A stretch of 64,000 nt of DNA, from assembly GCA_002633005.1 (NCBI GenBank), contig NMRA01000012.1, positions 1,480,357 to 1,544,356 on the forward strand, in the 5' to 3' direction. A model generated the notes under the pieces. The model had not been told where the DNA came from, made no database searches, and saw nothing but the letters and a program-made list of their open reading frames with translations. Positions 1-14,400 of the stretch are shown in pieces. How positions within the stretch are numbered: the first letter of the stretch is position 1; the number at the start of each line of letters is the position of its first letter. This stretch comes from Phoronis australis (Eukaryota > Animalia > Phoronida). Both the position numbers and the translations under genes were made by a program.

Positions 1-863
1 GATGTTACCAGTTATTTTAAACTTACATTTTGGAAAGGCGAAACCCAACTATGCGGTGCAGCTGCACTCTCGTCAAAGCAAGACTCGCCGAATTGTTCGT
101 TACAAACTAAGGAATTTGCAAGCATGGCGTCTTCGGTTGACTTTTGATTGAAAGTTGTGTAGTCAAATCCACCAACAAACACAGTGCCTCACCATTGCGA
201 AAATTTCTTAAAACAACGCGACGATGTGGAACATAAGCGAAAATTTCTGGCCTCGAGTGCAAGCTAATGTCTTGCGGTCTACGGAACTCTGCCTATCCAG
301 ATCAGGCGTGCTATGATTGTAATGCATAGCGATATCTCCCGAAGTCTTCTGAGTACTACCTTTCCTTGCAAGAAACTAGGTCTATGGAAACCACGCCGGC
401 GTTTTAAATGTTCTTGTCTACTAAAAGTTACGTCAGCATCTAGACATGTGACCGTTTGCTTTGGATTTTTGAGTGAACTTTTTGTTGGTGTAATTTAACT
501 GCACCTAATAATTCGGGGCTGCGAATATTTGTAAAGGCCACGTGAATAGAAAAGAGTGTGGTGACAGGTATGTTTCGGAGCAACTAAAGTCTCGACTCTA
601 ACTAGCTTAGCGTCAACTCGCCAAATGCGACCTGACAAAATTCTCAGGCCGCCAAACGGGAACTGAAGTCTCCAAACCTCGCTTTCAAGAGCCGAAATGA
701 ACCAAGATAACTGAAGTAAAAAGCCGGCGAACTCAACAAATGTCCGATTAGTTAGTTTCAGTTGATACCACAGTAGTTAGTGATTTATTGTTAACAAAGG
801 TCAATTCAAAGGCAGCACGAGACTGAACGAGCTTCGTTAACGGAATAACATTGTCTTTTGCAG

Positions 864-1032
864 GTGCCGATCATCATCCCCATAATCATCCTACTCGCCT
901 CAGCATACCTGGTGGTCGCGCCTATCATTCAGAATCCTGCTATAGAGTTTTTATATGCCTTTTTGTTCATTATCGGTGGACTTCTCGTTTACGTTCCCTT
1001 TGTGCACTTCAAGATGTCACTGCCATTGTTGG
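864..1032 (+). CDS. Gene A penultimate exon (exon 10 equivalent)
   Basis: AG/GT bounded, 169 nt, same length as gene B exon 10. Confidence 0.9.
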
Positions 1033-2545
1033 GTAAGTCGGACATGCGCATCAAAACATGTAACCTGACACCAGTTTTTGTCAAGCATTTCCGTCACAAT
1101 AACAAAAGAGTTGAAAGAAAAAGATCTCGACGAAGAAATCCTTTTGTTGTGGTGAATATTTAGAAATTAATACTGGAATCGTGAGCCTTTCCTATTAAAT
1201 CCAAAGCATTCAGTGCGCAAAGAATTTGCACGCCAAAGCGGAAGCCTTGGGCATCTTGATGACATGTAATTATCGCATACGTTACGTTATTTCAAGTCAC
1301 TTTTTGGAAAACAAAGTCTATTAGCAATAAGAGCGTGACTTGACTGAAGCCACTGGGAAGCAGGTCACTCAGTCTTCTGCAACCCAAGAGTCATGTGACC
1401 ACTGACACATTTCGGGTTGTATCTCCGCAGTTCTAGTTTAACTGAAGGTAGCTAGTCGTTTTACACAGAGACTGCGTTCGCTAGTGACAAGGTGGCGACG
1501 CATCGGTAGAAGTTTTCGCTTCGTTTCTTTTCAAACACATCAAACTTATCGTATGAGTTTCTGATCAGCAGTCATTGAAAACACTCGTAGACATTGATCA
1601 GCGCTAAAACGACGTAATCAGGCTTTGTTCAAGACATTTTGGTAAACAAGTCTACTGGAAATTAGAACGCGACTCGATGTTTTCTTCACCCAAGCCAATG
1701 TCTTGCGTATGTAGAACAAAAACAGAACGAGGTAATAGTCACGCCCTTTGAGGGACCGGGCCCTCTACTTCCACCTGGTCACATATATGGAGCTCAAACA
1801 TGGCATTCGTCAAATTAATGTGTTTCTTGGGAAATGTTAAGATTACAAATTTCCATAAACACTCTCATTGGATACAATATTTGTCATTTTCTGCACGACG
1901 TTATAATGTACTTATAAATATAATAATGTACATGATAACCTCATACGGAAATGGACGAACTTCGTATCGAATGAGCATGCCAGAAAACGCCAAAGAATAA
2001 TGTTATTACAAACGGAATTTTACTGAAACTGGTAGTTAGAGCGGCGTTAAACCCGACGTGCTTTCTGTCAAGTTTTTATATGTAGGCCACTTACCGCTAT
2101 GAAATTAATCTCAAGTTGATCCTAATTGAGTCAAAATAGTTGGGATTCTTGGACTTGGAAGGATTTGACAATTCTTTATTTCTTCACGCTGTGACTTGAA
2201 ATTCTATGAGCTTGGTCTGAAGAAACCAGTCTTCTAAACTGATTAAAAAGGAGGTAAGACCAGTTTTACAATGGTAAGTTGTCTAAATCAAAACTCGCTT
2301 TTGCTTAAAAACACAAGATTGATGCGGCTTTAAAACGTTTTTCATCGTTTTCTATCCAGCAATAGGAATGGAGCTGATGGGGGGTTACTTTTTTTACTTT
2401 TATGTAGTCTTACTTTGAAGTTGGTCGTTTTTGTGATTTATAGCTCAATATAGTTTCAAAATGTAGTGATATTAACAATTTAATTTTTTCAGATTACGTC
2501 ACCATGTTTTGTCAACTATTATTCGAAGTCACACCAACTGATTGA
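864..2545 (+). CDS. SLC7A9: Gene A (3' part only): SLC7/LAT light chain, b(0,+)AT-like; exons 864-1032 and 2493-2545
   Basis: ttttgcag|GTG..ttgG|gtaagt exon encodes [50 protein letters not shown] (TM11-12). Phase-1 join to ttttcag|AT TAC.. DYVTMFCQLLFEVTPTD*. Matches gene B exons 10-11. Confidence 0.88.
2493..2545 (+). CDS. Gene A terminal coding exon (DYVTMFCQLLFEVTPTD*)
   Basis: Polypyrimidine-AG acceptor, phase matches upstream exon, LAT C-terminal Q-x-x-x-EV motif, TGA stop. Confidence 0.85.
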
Positions 2546-5415
2546 GCCTGTCGTCCTTACACGAATGCGACCGTTGACAAAGGAGAGATTTTCAGCGGTT
2601 AGGAACACCCCTGGAAAACAGGAAGCGAATTCAGAAAGAAATTCTGCATTAACCAGATTTAGCAAATATTGATTTAATAGTGCGCCATTGTTGTAGTAGT
2701 ATTTTGATGCTATTTAAATAACATTTATTTGCCAGTACGTGTAAATACATATACAGTGTACCGTAGCGGCCGTTTTATCAAGGGTCGTGAAGTGTAGACC
2801 GGTGGCAGCTGAAATAGTTGTAGGCACGCTTCATGTACTGTGAAACGCCACGCAACGTTTTATAGGACTGCGAATCACAACTTCGACCCTCGACCTCATG
2901 TTTCGCGCTTTTAAGTGCAAATTACGTCTACTGTTTTTATAATTCGCCCCAATGAATTAATGTTCTGCTAAAGTTGTGTGACTGTGCATCTGACCTTTGA
3001 TGAAATGGCTCAGAATTTTGATAAAGTCGCTAGGAACCGGTCTTTGATTTGAACCACTTTTCGCTCTAAAAATGGTGTTAATTTGTTCTTTACTCATATG
3101 TGTTAAGTTTTCTAGGCCGTGGTAGAACAGACAATTTGATAGGGTTTGAGGCGATGCTTGGTGCATAAAATGACACGCCGTGACAAGCCAAGGCTGAAAA
3201 CCTTAACACATATGAGTATAGAAAAATTAATACTCGCTTTAATGGAAGACCTGTTGAGGGTCGCTTGTCTTAGAGGCTACCTAGAAAATATTTTAAATGA
3301 TGTAACAAAAAACTTGTTCAGCGCAATTTCTATTTGAAAGAGTAGGAAAAATGAGCATTGTTTAAAACTGTAAAGAATCTATATTTGTTGATAATTTTTA
3401 CCCCCGATGATAGAACTTTAAGATAAATACCAGCCAGACCAGTGATGAGACATAGGACCATAACAATGATAGAATATTAATTAAAACACCAGATCATTCG
3501 TATAGGGATATAGCAGCTTAACACATACATTTCAGTATTGCCTAGGTAGCTGTTGGATTATTACTTATTGAGATATTTTTCATATTTTTATTAGCATTTC
3601 TGCGCTGGGAAATTTTTAATTTTGATTTTCTTGGTGATGTAGTGTTTGTTTTCTCTGTGGAAAAACTGTTTATTTGGTGATTTGTTTGACATTTTTGTTT
3701 TATTGCGTTTTCCCGTTATTTTTGCAATGTCTGGTAAGATGCATCCTAATTTTCGATGTGGTTGGTGTGGACATTTTGTTAGTAAAATAAAAATTAAAGA
3801 ATATAAGTAAAATGGTAACAGTTTTCGGGTAACGTAGTCAAAATATGACGTCTTTATTCATTTACAAGTATTTCCAATTGTAGTTCTACGGGAACGTTTT
3901 CAAATGGAGTAAGAATGGCATTCATTGATGTATATGTATATGTATATATGTATATAGAATGTTCCACAAATTGCGTTTCTCATTAACCTCACTCTGTTAC
4001 TCCAGTCGCGTCATGTGTGTATAATGTACTACGTTTAAAATGTACTGGCTCGATTTCAATATATATTTCTTAGAATGAGAACGCATATGTCATTGTTAGT
4101 TTGGTGTATAAATTTATTCTGCTACTACGGAATAATTTATATTCCCACCTCGCTTTACTCAGGTTAAAGTTTGGTTCAAGTAGTAGACGCAAAAGGACCA
4201 GTGCTGTGTACGCAGGTGTAGTAGTTTCAAAAAATGTTCCTACAACTCGGTTTGTCAATGGTGTCAATGTTTTCCACGATGTGTTGCGAGAAAAGCCGCT
4301 CTCCATACTAGCGTATGTATCGATACATTACACCAGCGTATCAAGACTACGTTACTCTGAGCAGAAGCAAGCTTAAGAAGTGTATTGCGTGCATGTGAGT
4401 CTGCGCCTCACAACACCACTGCTGGCGACAACATGGTTTGGCATTATGTGATTTTCATCTAGCTCCTGTAGATAACATTTTCAGCAAAAAGCCCAGAAAC
4501 CGTAGCTGTTTTTTTTTGTTTTCTGACATCACTCGATCGCGCACAATTTACATATCGCTTAACACCAAGGCATTCTTACTCGAAAAGTGATTCGTTTATT
4601 GCGTCTTGAAGATTACCACGTGACCTTAGAAGACTCTGTACCGTTCTCACTGGGGTTTTGCCCTGCAGTGCAATACATCTGTGGACTTGCCGATTTTCTT
4701 CCACTCTGTCGAAAACTTCATGAACGAAATAGTCAGTTTGCCTCGGAAACGTTACATATGACCACATAAACATTTATGCCGTATCATACTTTGGCCCTAC
4801 CACTTCCATCGAAAAAGGAAGCGAAGCTCCCCAAAAAGGTGGTAAAAACGCAAAATCGATGGTTTTCAGCCCAAAACCACTGCTTTCCTGCCACTGCTCG
4901 ACACGAGCCAACACTAGACTCCGAAAGCAACTTTTCATTACACATTTCACAAACGTGGTCAAAGAGTGCTGCATTCTAAACAAATTCTTTAGTCGCTGAG
5001 CAACAATGTTACAAGGGCCGCAAGATTATCAACGATCAAACTAATGCACTCTTTTCCAATTTTCATGCTCACAGACACAAGCAAACCATATTCATCGAGC
5101 TTACTTGTAACTCACACCTCAAAACTGCCACCAATCCTGGTCTATCCCCCCAAAAATTGATTTATAGGCAGTGCAGTTTGGCTGCGGCTAGTCCCTAACT
5201 GTATCGTGCCACCGTAATTGGCTGAAATCGAACTTTGGTACGGCGTGGAGATATTTACACCCTTATCAAGGCAGAAATTATCAGTTGAGAACACGTAGCA
5301 TAATTATGTAGTCCTTAAGAAGTTGGAACAGACGAGGCAATATAGTCAGACTGTCCCGCCCTGCTCTCTGCATGTGGACCTGTTTTATCTGGGCATTGGA
5401 GTAAACAGACCGGGA

Positions 5416-5440
5416 ATGGAGGACAAGGCTGACGAAGCAG
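5416..5440 (+). CDS. Gene B exon 1 coding part (MEDKADEA+G)
   Basis: ATG..GCA G|gtacat phase-1 donor fits phase-1 exon 2; homologous 25-nt segment in gene C. Confidence 0.75.
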
Positions 5441-8400
5441 GTACATATGTATTTCATGACGGGGACAATGTAAACAAAGTAGATTTCATAGTTGGAAATG
5501 TAAATAAATAAACTTGTCTCCCGTTATTACGTTGGATATGTACATTTTTTACCTTTCTGTGTGAGTGATTTGATCAGGTTTTCGCTGACAAAAGCACCCA
5601 ATTTTGAGAAATAAGTCTAACCACAAAACGTTGTTGGTCAAGTGTTTTGCGTAGACTTGCGCACGCAAGCACGCTTAATTCAGTGTTTTTGTTGTTTGTG
5701 TTCGAACATAATGTTGATTTCAGGTACTAATACAATCTTCAAGTGCAAGCATGTCTACTACGAAAAACCTCCTGTAATTTGCGAGACCTAGTAAATCATA
5801 GAACACCTGCCGTAGTCTGTGCCAAACCAAATCGGGCTCTGTTATTCATTTTGATGGTTGTTAGATATGCAGTCATTTCACCAACTTTCATATAAATGGT
5901 CTTTTAAAATAGCCGCTTTAAGACAGTGCATTTTTCAAATAATTCCATAACATGAATTTTGGATTACTGTGATTTATCGGTCAGTGTTGTGGAGGACTAC
6001 ACTTGGGTCCTCTTAAGCCATAAAGTTCTCAGTTCCAAATCTAGTTTGACATTGTTTTCTCACCTATTATAGTTTAGGATACCGACTAAACAGTCCATAG
6101 GAATTTTTATTTCTGCTATCACGTTAAAGTTCTATGATACATCTGATAACGAGTTGTAAATATGGCCTTTTCATGTATCTGCTATCGTAGGTGTGACCTC
6201 CAGGCGATAATCGTGACGAAATTTGTTGAAGCTATTGATATAATAAAACCACCCTAGTCGCTGACAGAACGTTGTCTTTTACAATTAATTCGCTACTTCG
6301 CTGCCTTTACACATAGTGATCGTGCCGTTGGTCTGTATTTGGACCAAGACGGAAATCAGTTTTTAAAACACTCCAATGTTTTCCCTGATCGCTTACATGT
6401 TATTTGTTATCTCTTCTGTTCATATGATTTTGAAGTATTATGCACTCACATATTTATACCTGGGTGCATTATGCCATCATCCCCATCCGTCCTTGCATCA
6501 TGTGGCCGCTGCTGTATCTCTAAAACCCCTAGATGGAGGTTCCTGAAAGTTTGTCATTGACAGAGCCGCAGAGCGGATTCTCAGACGAATTCGACTACCA
6601 GTGTGCCCTTGAGCGGCCATTTAATTTTTTGTTTGCCTTTGTATCTTCGGTATCTTCGTTGTTCCTTTTCGGATATTCATGGATTTTGGAAACATGTCTC
6701 TATCGAGGAGACGACGGCGCTTTTTCGTTTTCAGACGAGTCAAAGTACCACTGTGCCCCCAAGTGACAACTTTATTTTTTAATATTTTCCTCTGTATCTG
6801 CGTAATTCCTCGACGAATTTGCATGTAAATTGGCAAATGGATATCTATTAAGAAGACGACGCCAACTTTTCGTTTTCGGATGGATTCGTTATATTTTGCG
6901 TCACGTAGTGGCCTCTTGTACTGTTTTCGATTTTTGTGTCATCCACTTGTCTATTGACTAAACCGCACTAAGAATGATTATGTAAACTGGTATGTGTTCC
7001 TACTAGGAAAAGGACTGCTAACAACGAATTTGGGACGGATCCAACTGTTGGGGGACTCCTAATGGCAGTTGTTGTTTGCGTCTATGTGATGCATTACGGT
7101 CACGAACAATTATTGTGCAATAGATGTGTGATGTTAAATGAGTCTGCAAAATCTGACTACGGTCCTGAAAACCAGCAGACACCAATACCCGAAATCCCCG
7201 GAGCCCGCCCCTAAATTCCACACTCTAGCGTTAAACTGTTGCATATAGAGCTAAACTCCTGCTCTGGGGATGAAATTCGTGTTATTGAAATAATTCCTGG
7301 TGAGGAATTTGAACCCCGAGAATGGAGTTTGGTGCCCTTATATGAAACATTTTCGATTGGTGTGTGGAATTTAAAGACGTGGAACTGCCTTTGGGGATTT
7401 ATATCGCGGGTTTGGTGTACACCGGTCTGGCGCTGAGGTTGGGGGAATTTAGAGGCACTCCAGACATGGAATAGGGTCGTCTCGGATTACACAAAGACAC
7501 TCTAATCTCGTTGTATTTACCCACAATGCTGTAAACATTAGTCAGGCACATTTCTTGCCTCGTTTTCGTGCCACTGGAGTTTCACATATTATTTGTTATT
7601 GTTTGATTCTTCACAAGTGTTTCTCGGTTGCATTACTCTGATCATCCTTCCGATGCCAAAGAAGTATTATTGCTGTGCTGTGGACTGGAACTCCGACGAG
7701 AGAAAGTTTGATAAAATGGACAAATACACGTGGATGAGTGATCTGAAATTTTTAGCCTTTCATGATTTCCAAAACGAGTTCACGGCGCTTTCTTAGATGA
7801 CACTCAACAGTTTTTGGAGTTTGAAAAACCAGGTCGAGTTAGGTTCAACAGTCTGTGTCTCAGGATGTACAAAACCTGAAAATTTGAAGAGACTATAATG
7901 GGCCAAAGACTTCCAAAACCTTGCACAAAGTCTATTGAAACTGATTCCAAAGTCAAAATTTTCACCTTTACGACTACCAGAAGTGCAGCTGGCTACTTGA
8001 AAAAACGAACAAAAATTCCAAATCAGCAGTCTTCACCCCAAAGCCACCACTTGTATGCAATTACTAAGAACTGAGAGACAGTGCACTCAGAGTGCCAAAA
8101 CTGTCCAGGTTCCAGAAATCAGGTGAAAAGTTTGCGTTAACCAGCCAGATTTTTCACAAATCCAAAGAGTCTGAACTGTACCTGAATTTCCTGCTAATTT
8201 TTATCTTCCCGCTTGAAAGCAGTAAATGTTAAGCCATGACTGAGCAAAAAGTGGATCAATAGGTCAACAGCTGACAATCTGTCACACAAAACAGATTCAA
8301 AAATCAAGTGAAGACCGACCGTTCGAAGCCTTCACATTCAAAAATCAAGTGAAGACCGACCGTTCGAAGCCTTCACATGCAGCACAGAACTTGAAATGCC

Positions 8401-11400
8401 CAGCCAACCCAGCAGGCGCCATTTTTTAATAAAATTGGGGGAGCCAAACTGAACCATGGCTCAAAAATATTGAGTGCCTCCTTATCTCCTGAACAAAGGA
8501 GAGTTCTATTGCCGCACAATCTGGGACGGCCCTATTGTTTCTGTTTGTGGAATAAAAACCTTATCTCGAGTTTACCTACATGTACAGGTAATTTCAATTG
8601 CCAGTAGAAAATTAATGAAAATCGGTATCTAATTATGCAAAATTGCAAGATAAGACTAAATTATGTTGAACAGTGGATAACATTTGGCAATTTTTCTGCT
8701 CGATTTTTCTAACATGTCAGAGTCGGTTCGGATTCAAGCTGAGGCTTTCAGTGGACATAGGAATAATTTAAAATAACTTAGATGTCCTTTACGTTTATGT
8801 GGAATCCTAGAAAAATACCAAAATTTGTCTAAATTCGGAACGTCATTTTAAAAAATGGATGATCAGATTCAAATTAAATTTTCAGATACTATGCATTTGC
8901 ACTGTTTCTTTTTTCTTAAATTTTACTACAATATGTTGCCTGGTGACAATTAATGCAGACTTATAAATAGTCTAAAATCAAGCTTTAAAAGTTTTCAATT
9001 CTCAAAAAAATGTATACTTTTACTTAGTATAAATCTATAGTTCTTTGTAGCCTACAAGCGTGACTAAATACTCAGACTTGTCAATAACTTTCCACACACC
9101 CTTAAAAGAATAGTAAACCCTGTTTTTATGATTTTAACCAAAGTCACCGGCTAATGCATCATTGGTGTCCCACTTGAGGGATTTAAGTCACAGCTTTGTA
9201 ACTTTTTTACCTTGGATAAGTAGTAAACAAATTGCCACGCGGTTGAAGGTGGTTCTGTTAAATCTTATTTCTTGCTACAAGGTATATATATTTCGTATTT
9301 GAAGTTCCCGGAGAATGAAGATTAAAAGGTGTTTTGGTAGACATATGTGAAATATTGTAAAAACGGTAAATTTTTGTGAATTTGTTTTTGAAATATTCTT
9401 AAGCTCAGTCCTACAGTAACTCAGTAAATGTAAAATATAATTTTGGTGGTCGACAGTTCAGAGATTACCCCCCCCCCCGTCCCAGACGTTACATGTTTTG
9501 CCAAAGTTGCTAAATTTTAAAAAGGTATGCTTACAACGACAACAAAAATCTTGGATTGTTAAATGATGTTAGAATGGGAAGTTATGAATAGTTAATTCAT
9601 TAAAGCCATAGAGAAGTTAGTTTACTTATGGTGAGTGTTAATAGTTAAGATAAACTTACGTGGGAAAGTACGTGAGAGTTGGCTTGGTGTTGAAGACAAA
9701 AATCTACTCAAAAAGCAACTGTACCTTCACTTTTTGCTTCTAATGATTTCGGAAAATTGAGGTTATACACGTATGAGTTCAGTGGGAAATTTCTGTATCT
9801 ATGTATTGAAAAGTTTTGTCCTACGGTGAGAGATCATAAACTCTATTAAGAAACACGTCAAAAATGGATGGCTCTGAGAAAGGTGTTTCTAGGTTGAAAT
9901 GCATCTCATTCCCACTTACGACCAATATGTTGAAATTCCATCAATACCTCTCGCAAATTTATCTCAAAGATTGATTTGCCATGATATCAATAGGGCCGTC
10001 CCGGATTACACAGCGACACTTGACTCTCGCTGAATTTACCCACAATGCCGTAAACATCCCCCAAGCACATTTTTGCCTTGTTTCGTGCCGCCGGAGTTTC
10101 ACATGTTACATGTTGTTGTTTGATTCGTTACAATTTATTCTCGGTTGCATTACTCTATTCGTCCCTCCAATTCCAACGAAGTAGTGTGTGCTGTGGGTTG
10201 CAACTCCGACGTGAACAAGCTGGATAAAATAGACAAATACCCGTGGAGACTTGGTCAGAAATTCTTTGCCTTCCCAACCTCAATGTGAGACAGGAAAGTG
10301 TATCTGATTTCCAAAACTTGGCCACGTGCTTTCTTATCTCCGGAACAAAGGAGAGTTCTATCCCCGTTAATTCGGGACTTCAGTAGTATTGGTTTGTACC
10401 TTTAAAAGAAGGTTCAACTGGCACTGACTTGGAACAGTCCAAGTTTGGAGGGGTTGTCCAACTTGAACTTTATCAAAAGGGATGTTTATAAACACTCATT
10501 TTGCTTGGTGACGCTCTGAATGACATTTTGAGATGAAAATGCCCATTTTAATCTATAGGACATCTTCGGTGGATCGCCCTGTTATCGCCACAGTTTCAAA
10601 TTCATGCTCAGCTAGTCATTTCACCAATGTGGCCTACTGAAGTCTGAATCCGGGCGTGCATTCAGTAACGCTAGGACCTACGCTAGGACCTAGCTTAAAT
10701 CTAGCCAAAGTCACGTGATATCGTTTGAAATACACGGCAATATCTCACGCGAAGTTTTGCTTTTTAGCGAGGTCCTAGCGTTACTGAACGGGAGGCGGGT
10801 GTGTTTTCATAACACTTACGTCCGTCTCTAAGATTATCTTGGACCTCCTTGACAAGTCTGCGTAATTAAACGAATATCTACAAAAGAATAGAGTTTAACT
10901 TAGTAAAAGGATATATTTCTGAAAGTAGAAAGACCGTAGAATTTGATTTTTGATTTTTACCCAATTGCTATGCCTTTTTAGTAAAATTTAGTAAAATAGA
11001 AAGGTACATTTACAGCAAAACAATAGTGACAATAATATGACCAAAATTTTTTGATATAAATGGTCATGATAAAGTCTGAAAACGTTGTTGCAGTTTTCTA
11101 ACGTTTTCGTTTCATGCAACTTTAGAATTGTCATATAGTTTGTAGCCGCTCATGCAAAAGTGAAACATTTTAAAAACAATTCCCAACAGTGTTCGGGATA
11201 ACAGCACATAAAGCATGGTGCCTGAGAGTTTCACATGAATCCATCCAGCCACTTTTGAGGTATGATGTTCCAGAATTTATCAAATCAATCAACTTTTCTA
11301 CGGTCCTGTATAACCATTGTTTTATTTATTGCAATAGGAACTGGAGATCCCACGCTTGACGTGGACGTGCGACAGCGTTCAGTACCGGGTGTTCTCAATC

Positions 11401-14400
11401 ACTCGGTGTCGACGGTGGAGTTAGTGACAGAAACCAAGGTGGAACTGAAACGAAAAGTTGGATTACTCAGCGGAATTTCCCTTATTGTGGGAACTATGAT
11501 AGGTATAATGAATGATATGCACCTTTCGAAAGCAGTCCATGAGCGTTCAATGTCACTGATGCCAAATTTTAGAGAACGAAAGCTGTGGAAGTACCGTCTC
11601 TAGTTTCTGATTCATGACTGACAATTGACTCAAGAGAGAAGACAGATTGTTGGTCTTACGCTCAGTAGCGTGCAGAGATTTGGTGATGCCCGGGGCGATA
11701 TTTTTATAGGATGCCCCTTTCTCTACTCAAATGCATGGACCCTAATACTAAGAAAAGTAACGAGTGAAATATAAATAGAAAATTTATTCAATTTAGCTAC
11801 TAACCAGTCACAAGTTCAAAAAGTTTATTCATGGGATGCCCCCACCCCCTGATGCGGTGGATGCCCGGGGCCGTCGCCCTGTCGCCCCCCCCTTCTGCAC
11901 GCTACTGCTTACGTTCCTCAAAATTACTCTTGAAACATAATTAAATTTCAGCTGAACAAAACTGCAGTCTCTGAGAATATGAACATAACTGCTAGTTAAT
12001 TCTAAGCTGTCATGCGCTCATAATTACTTGGCTAAAACTTCATTCACCAATAGTTGTGAAGTGGAAGCATAAGACCGAACTTAGACTGATGTCACTTACA
12101 TGAAACAGACTCCCCATTTAATTTGTTCTTTGTCAGAATGTGATTGTATACGCAGGTAAGACTTCTAAGCTCCAGATTTTTCTCTGAGTTTTTTTGAAAT
12201 GGAGAGAAGTTGTCGTCAAGGAGACCCCTTCTCCTTACCTTTTTGTATAATATGTGGAAATAATTCGACGGGATGGTGACATGACTGGGATCAGGATAGG
12301 TGTTTCTGAGGTTAAACTGATCCAGTACGCCGACGACACTTGTTTAATTTTGGACGGTTCTGAATTATCTCTTAGATCATCTTTGAATTTTATTGACCAA
12401 TTTGCGACATTTTCTGATTTGAAGCCAAACATCGAGAAAACAAGATGTGTTTGGATTGGTTCAAAAAAGACTCTGACGAAAAGCTTTGTGTCAATGAAAA
12501 ACTGTTATGGACTAACAAACCTTTCATGTTTTGGGAATTAACTTCTCCTCTGATTATAATACAATAACAGATATTAACTATAGTGGCAGGCTTTTGGAAA
12601 TTAAGAAAATGGTGGGCTCCTGGCCAAGAAGAATTCTTACTGTTTTTGATAAATTTACCGTGGTTAAGACACTTTTATTGCCCAAGATTGTTCATATACT
12701 TCAATCCCTCCCTAGCCCCTTCATTGACATGATTCAAGAATTATAGCGAGTTTTTTGGCTTCATTTGGAATGGGAAGAATGAAATTGTTGCGGGTTAAAA
12801 ACGGTTCATGTTTGTTTTTTATTAAGTCTTTGAAAATATCGTGGCTTCGTAAACTATTCACCTCAAATACCATATGTGACCTTGCTGAGGCAGTTTTGGG
12901 TTGTAAAGTTGATAACTTTTTTTAAAATGGGGCACGCTTTCCTTAAAAAAATAGCTGAAGGAACCGACAATCTGTTCTGGAATGAGGTTTTAAGCGATGC
13001 TGTGCTCCCGTTTCAAATTGTCGGGAAAATTAAAATATAATTTACTCTCCCCTGCGGTATAATTCAAAGATTAAAGTTGGTAGAAAATCTATTTTCTACA
13101 AGACCTGGTATGAAAGAGGAGTCTACCGTGTGTGTGATTTGTTTAATGCTGAAGGTTCTTTTATGTCATACGAAGAACTCTGTAACAGTTATAACTTTCA
13201 ACCTCCAATACTAGAATTCTATGGATTAAGAAGTGGAACCTTTGCAGCGTACATGGGTCTTAAGAATAGACAAGACAGTATCTGTTTACCAAATTTTCCA
13301 AGTTCTATTTATAACATTTTGCATAGTAAATCCCAAGCGGTAAATATTTATGACACCTTAGTACAGTCACTTCGGACAGCTTGTAAATATAAAAACAAGT
13401 GGTCATCTGAGACAGATATAAACATTGTTATAAATAATATAAATTTTAGTGACCCTGATACATGGTGGAAAAAAGTAAATAAACTCTCCTACATTTGTAC
13501 AAAAGATACAAAATTGCGTTGGTTTCAATACCGCTTAATTCACAGAATATTGCCAACTAATAATTATTTGCATAAAATTAAAATAAAAACAAGTGATTTA
13601 TGCTCTTTCAATGGTAAATAGAGTGAAATTTTTCTCCATCGGTTTTGGTAATGTCGTCTTGTCTCCGGTTTCTGGCTCCTGTTTGCTGAGTGACTAAAAC
13701 AAACATATGTAAATTTTCATGTGGACAAAATAACAGTGTTTTTCAGTTTTTTGGGAAAGACTCAGTCGGAAAATTGTGACATTAATCTGTGATCATACTA
13801 GCAAAAAATTACATATTTAGCCAAAAGTTTGTTAAAAAATCTCAATTTCCAAATGTTCGTAAACGTTATTAAGTTATATCCTGAAGAAAATACGGTACTT
13901 GTTGGCTAGTGATTTAATGTTATTCTTCGTAAATGAACTATACTGTATTGTTTTTGTGACATGTAATTATCATGCTTCAGCAAAATAAAAATATTTAAAA
14001 AATACATCTAAGCTTTGACATTCTAAAATACACGTGAAGTTCCCAAGAAGTGTAGATACACTTTGCCTCGAACTTATCTGGCTGCTTCCCGACCTAAACG
14101 CCAGACGATTCGGCAACTAAAAATTTACGTGAGGCGTCTGTGGAAGACTTTTTAGGCATCACAGAGTGTCGCATTATAAACCTCATGCTTTTTTGCATTT
14201 TAGGATCTGGTATCTTCATATCGCCAAAAGGAGTGCTACAGAGTACAGGATCTATTGGATTGAGTCTTTGCGTTTGGGCTGCCTGCGGAATAATTGCTCT
14301 CTTAGGTAACTGCAACATGACGAAGTACAAAATATTTCACGAAATCCCCACGTGCAGTGTTTTTCTATGTAAAGTCCCATGAAATCTAAGCTACGGCAGA

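Noticed and set aside
5725-5792. Possible extra exon after tttcag in intron 1 (homolog at about 37431)
   Set aside because: Reaches a stop in both genes at different positions and has no conserved donor; similarity is explained by the duplication
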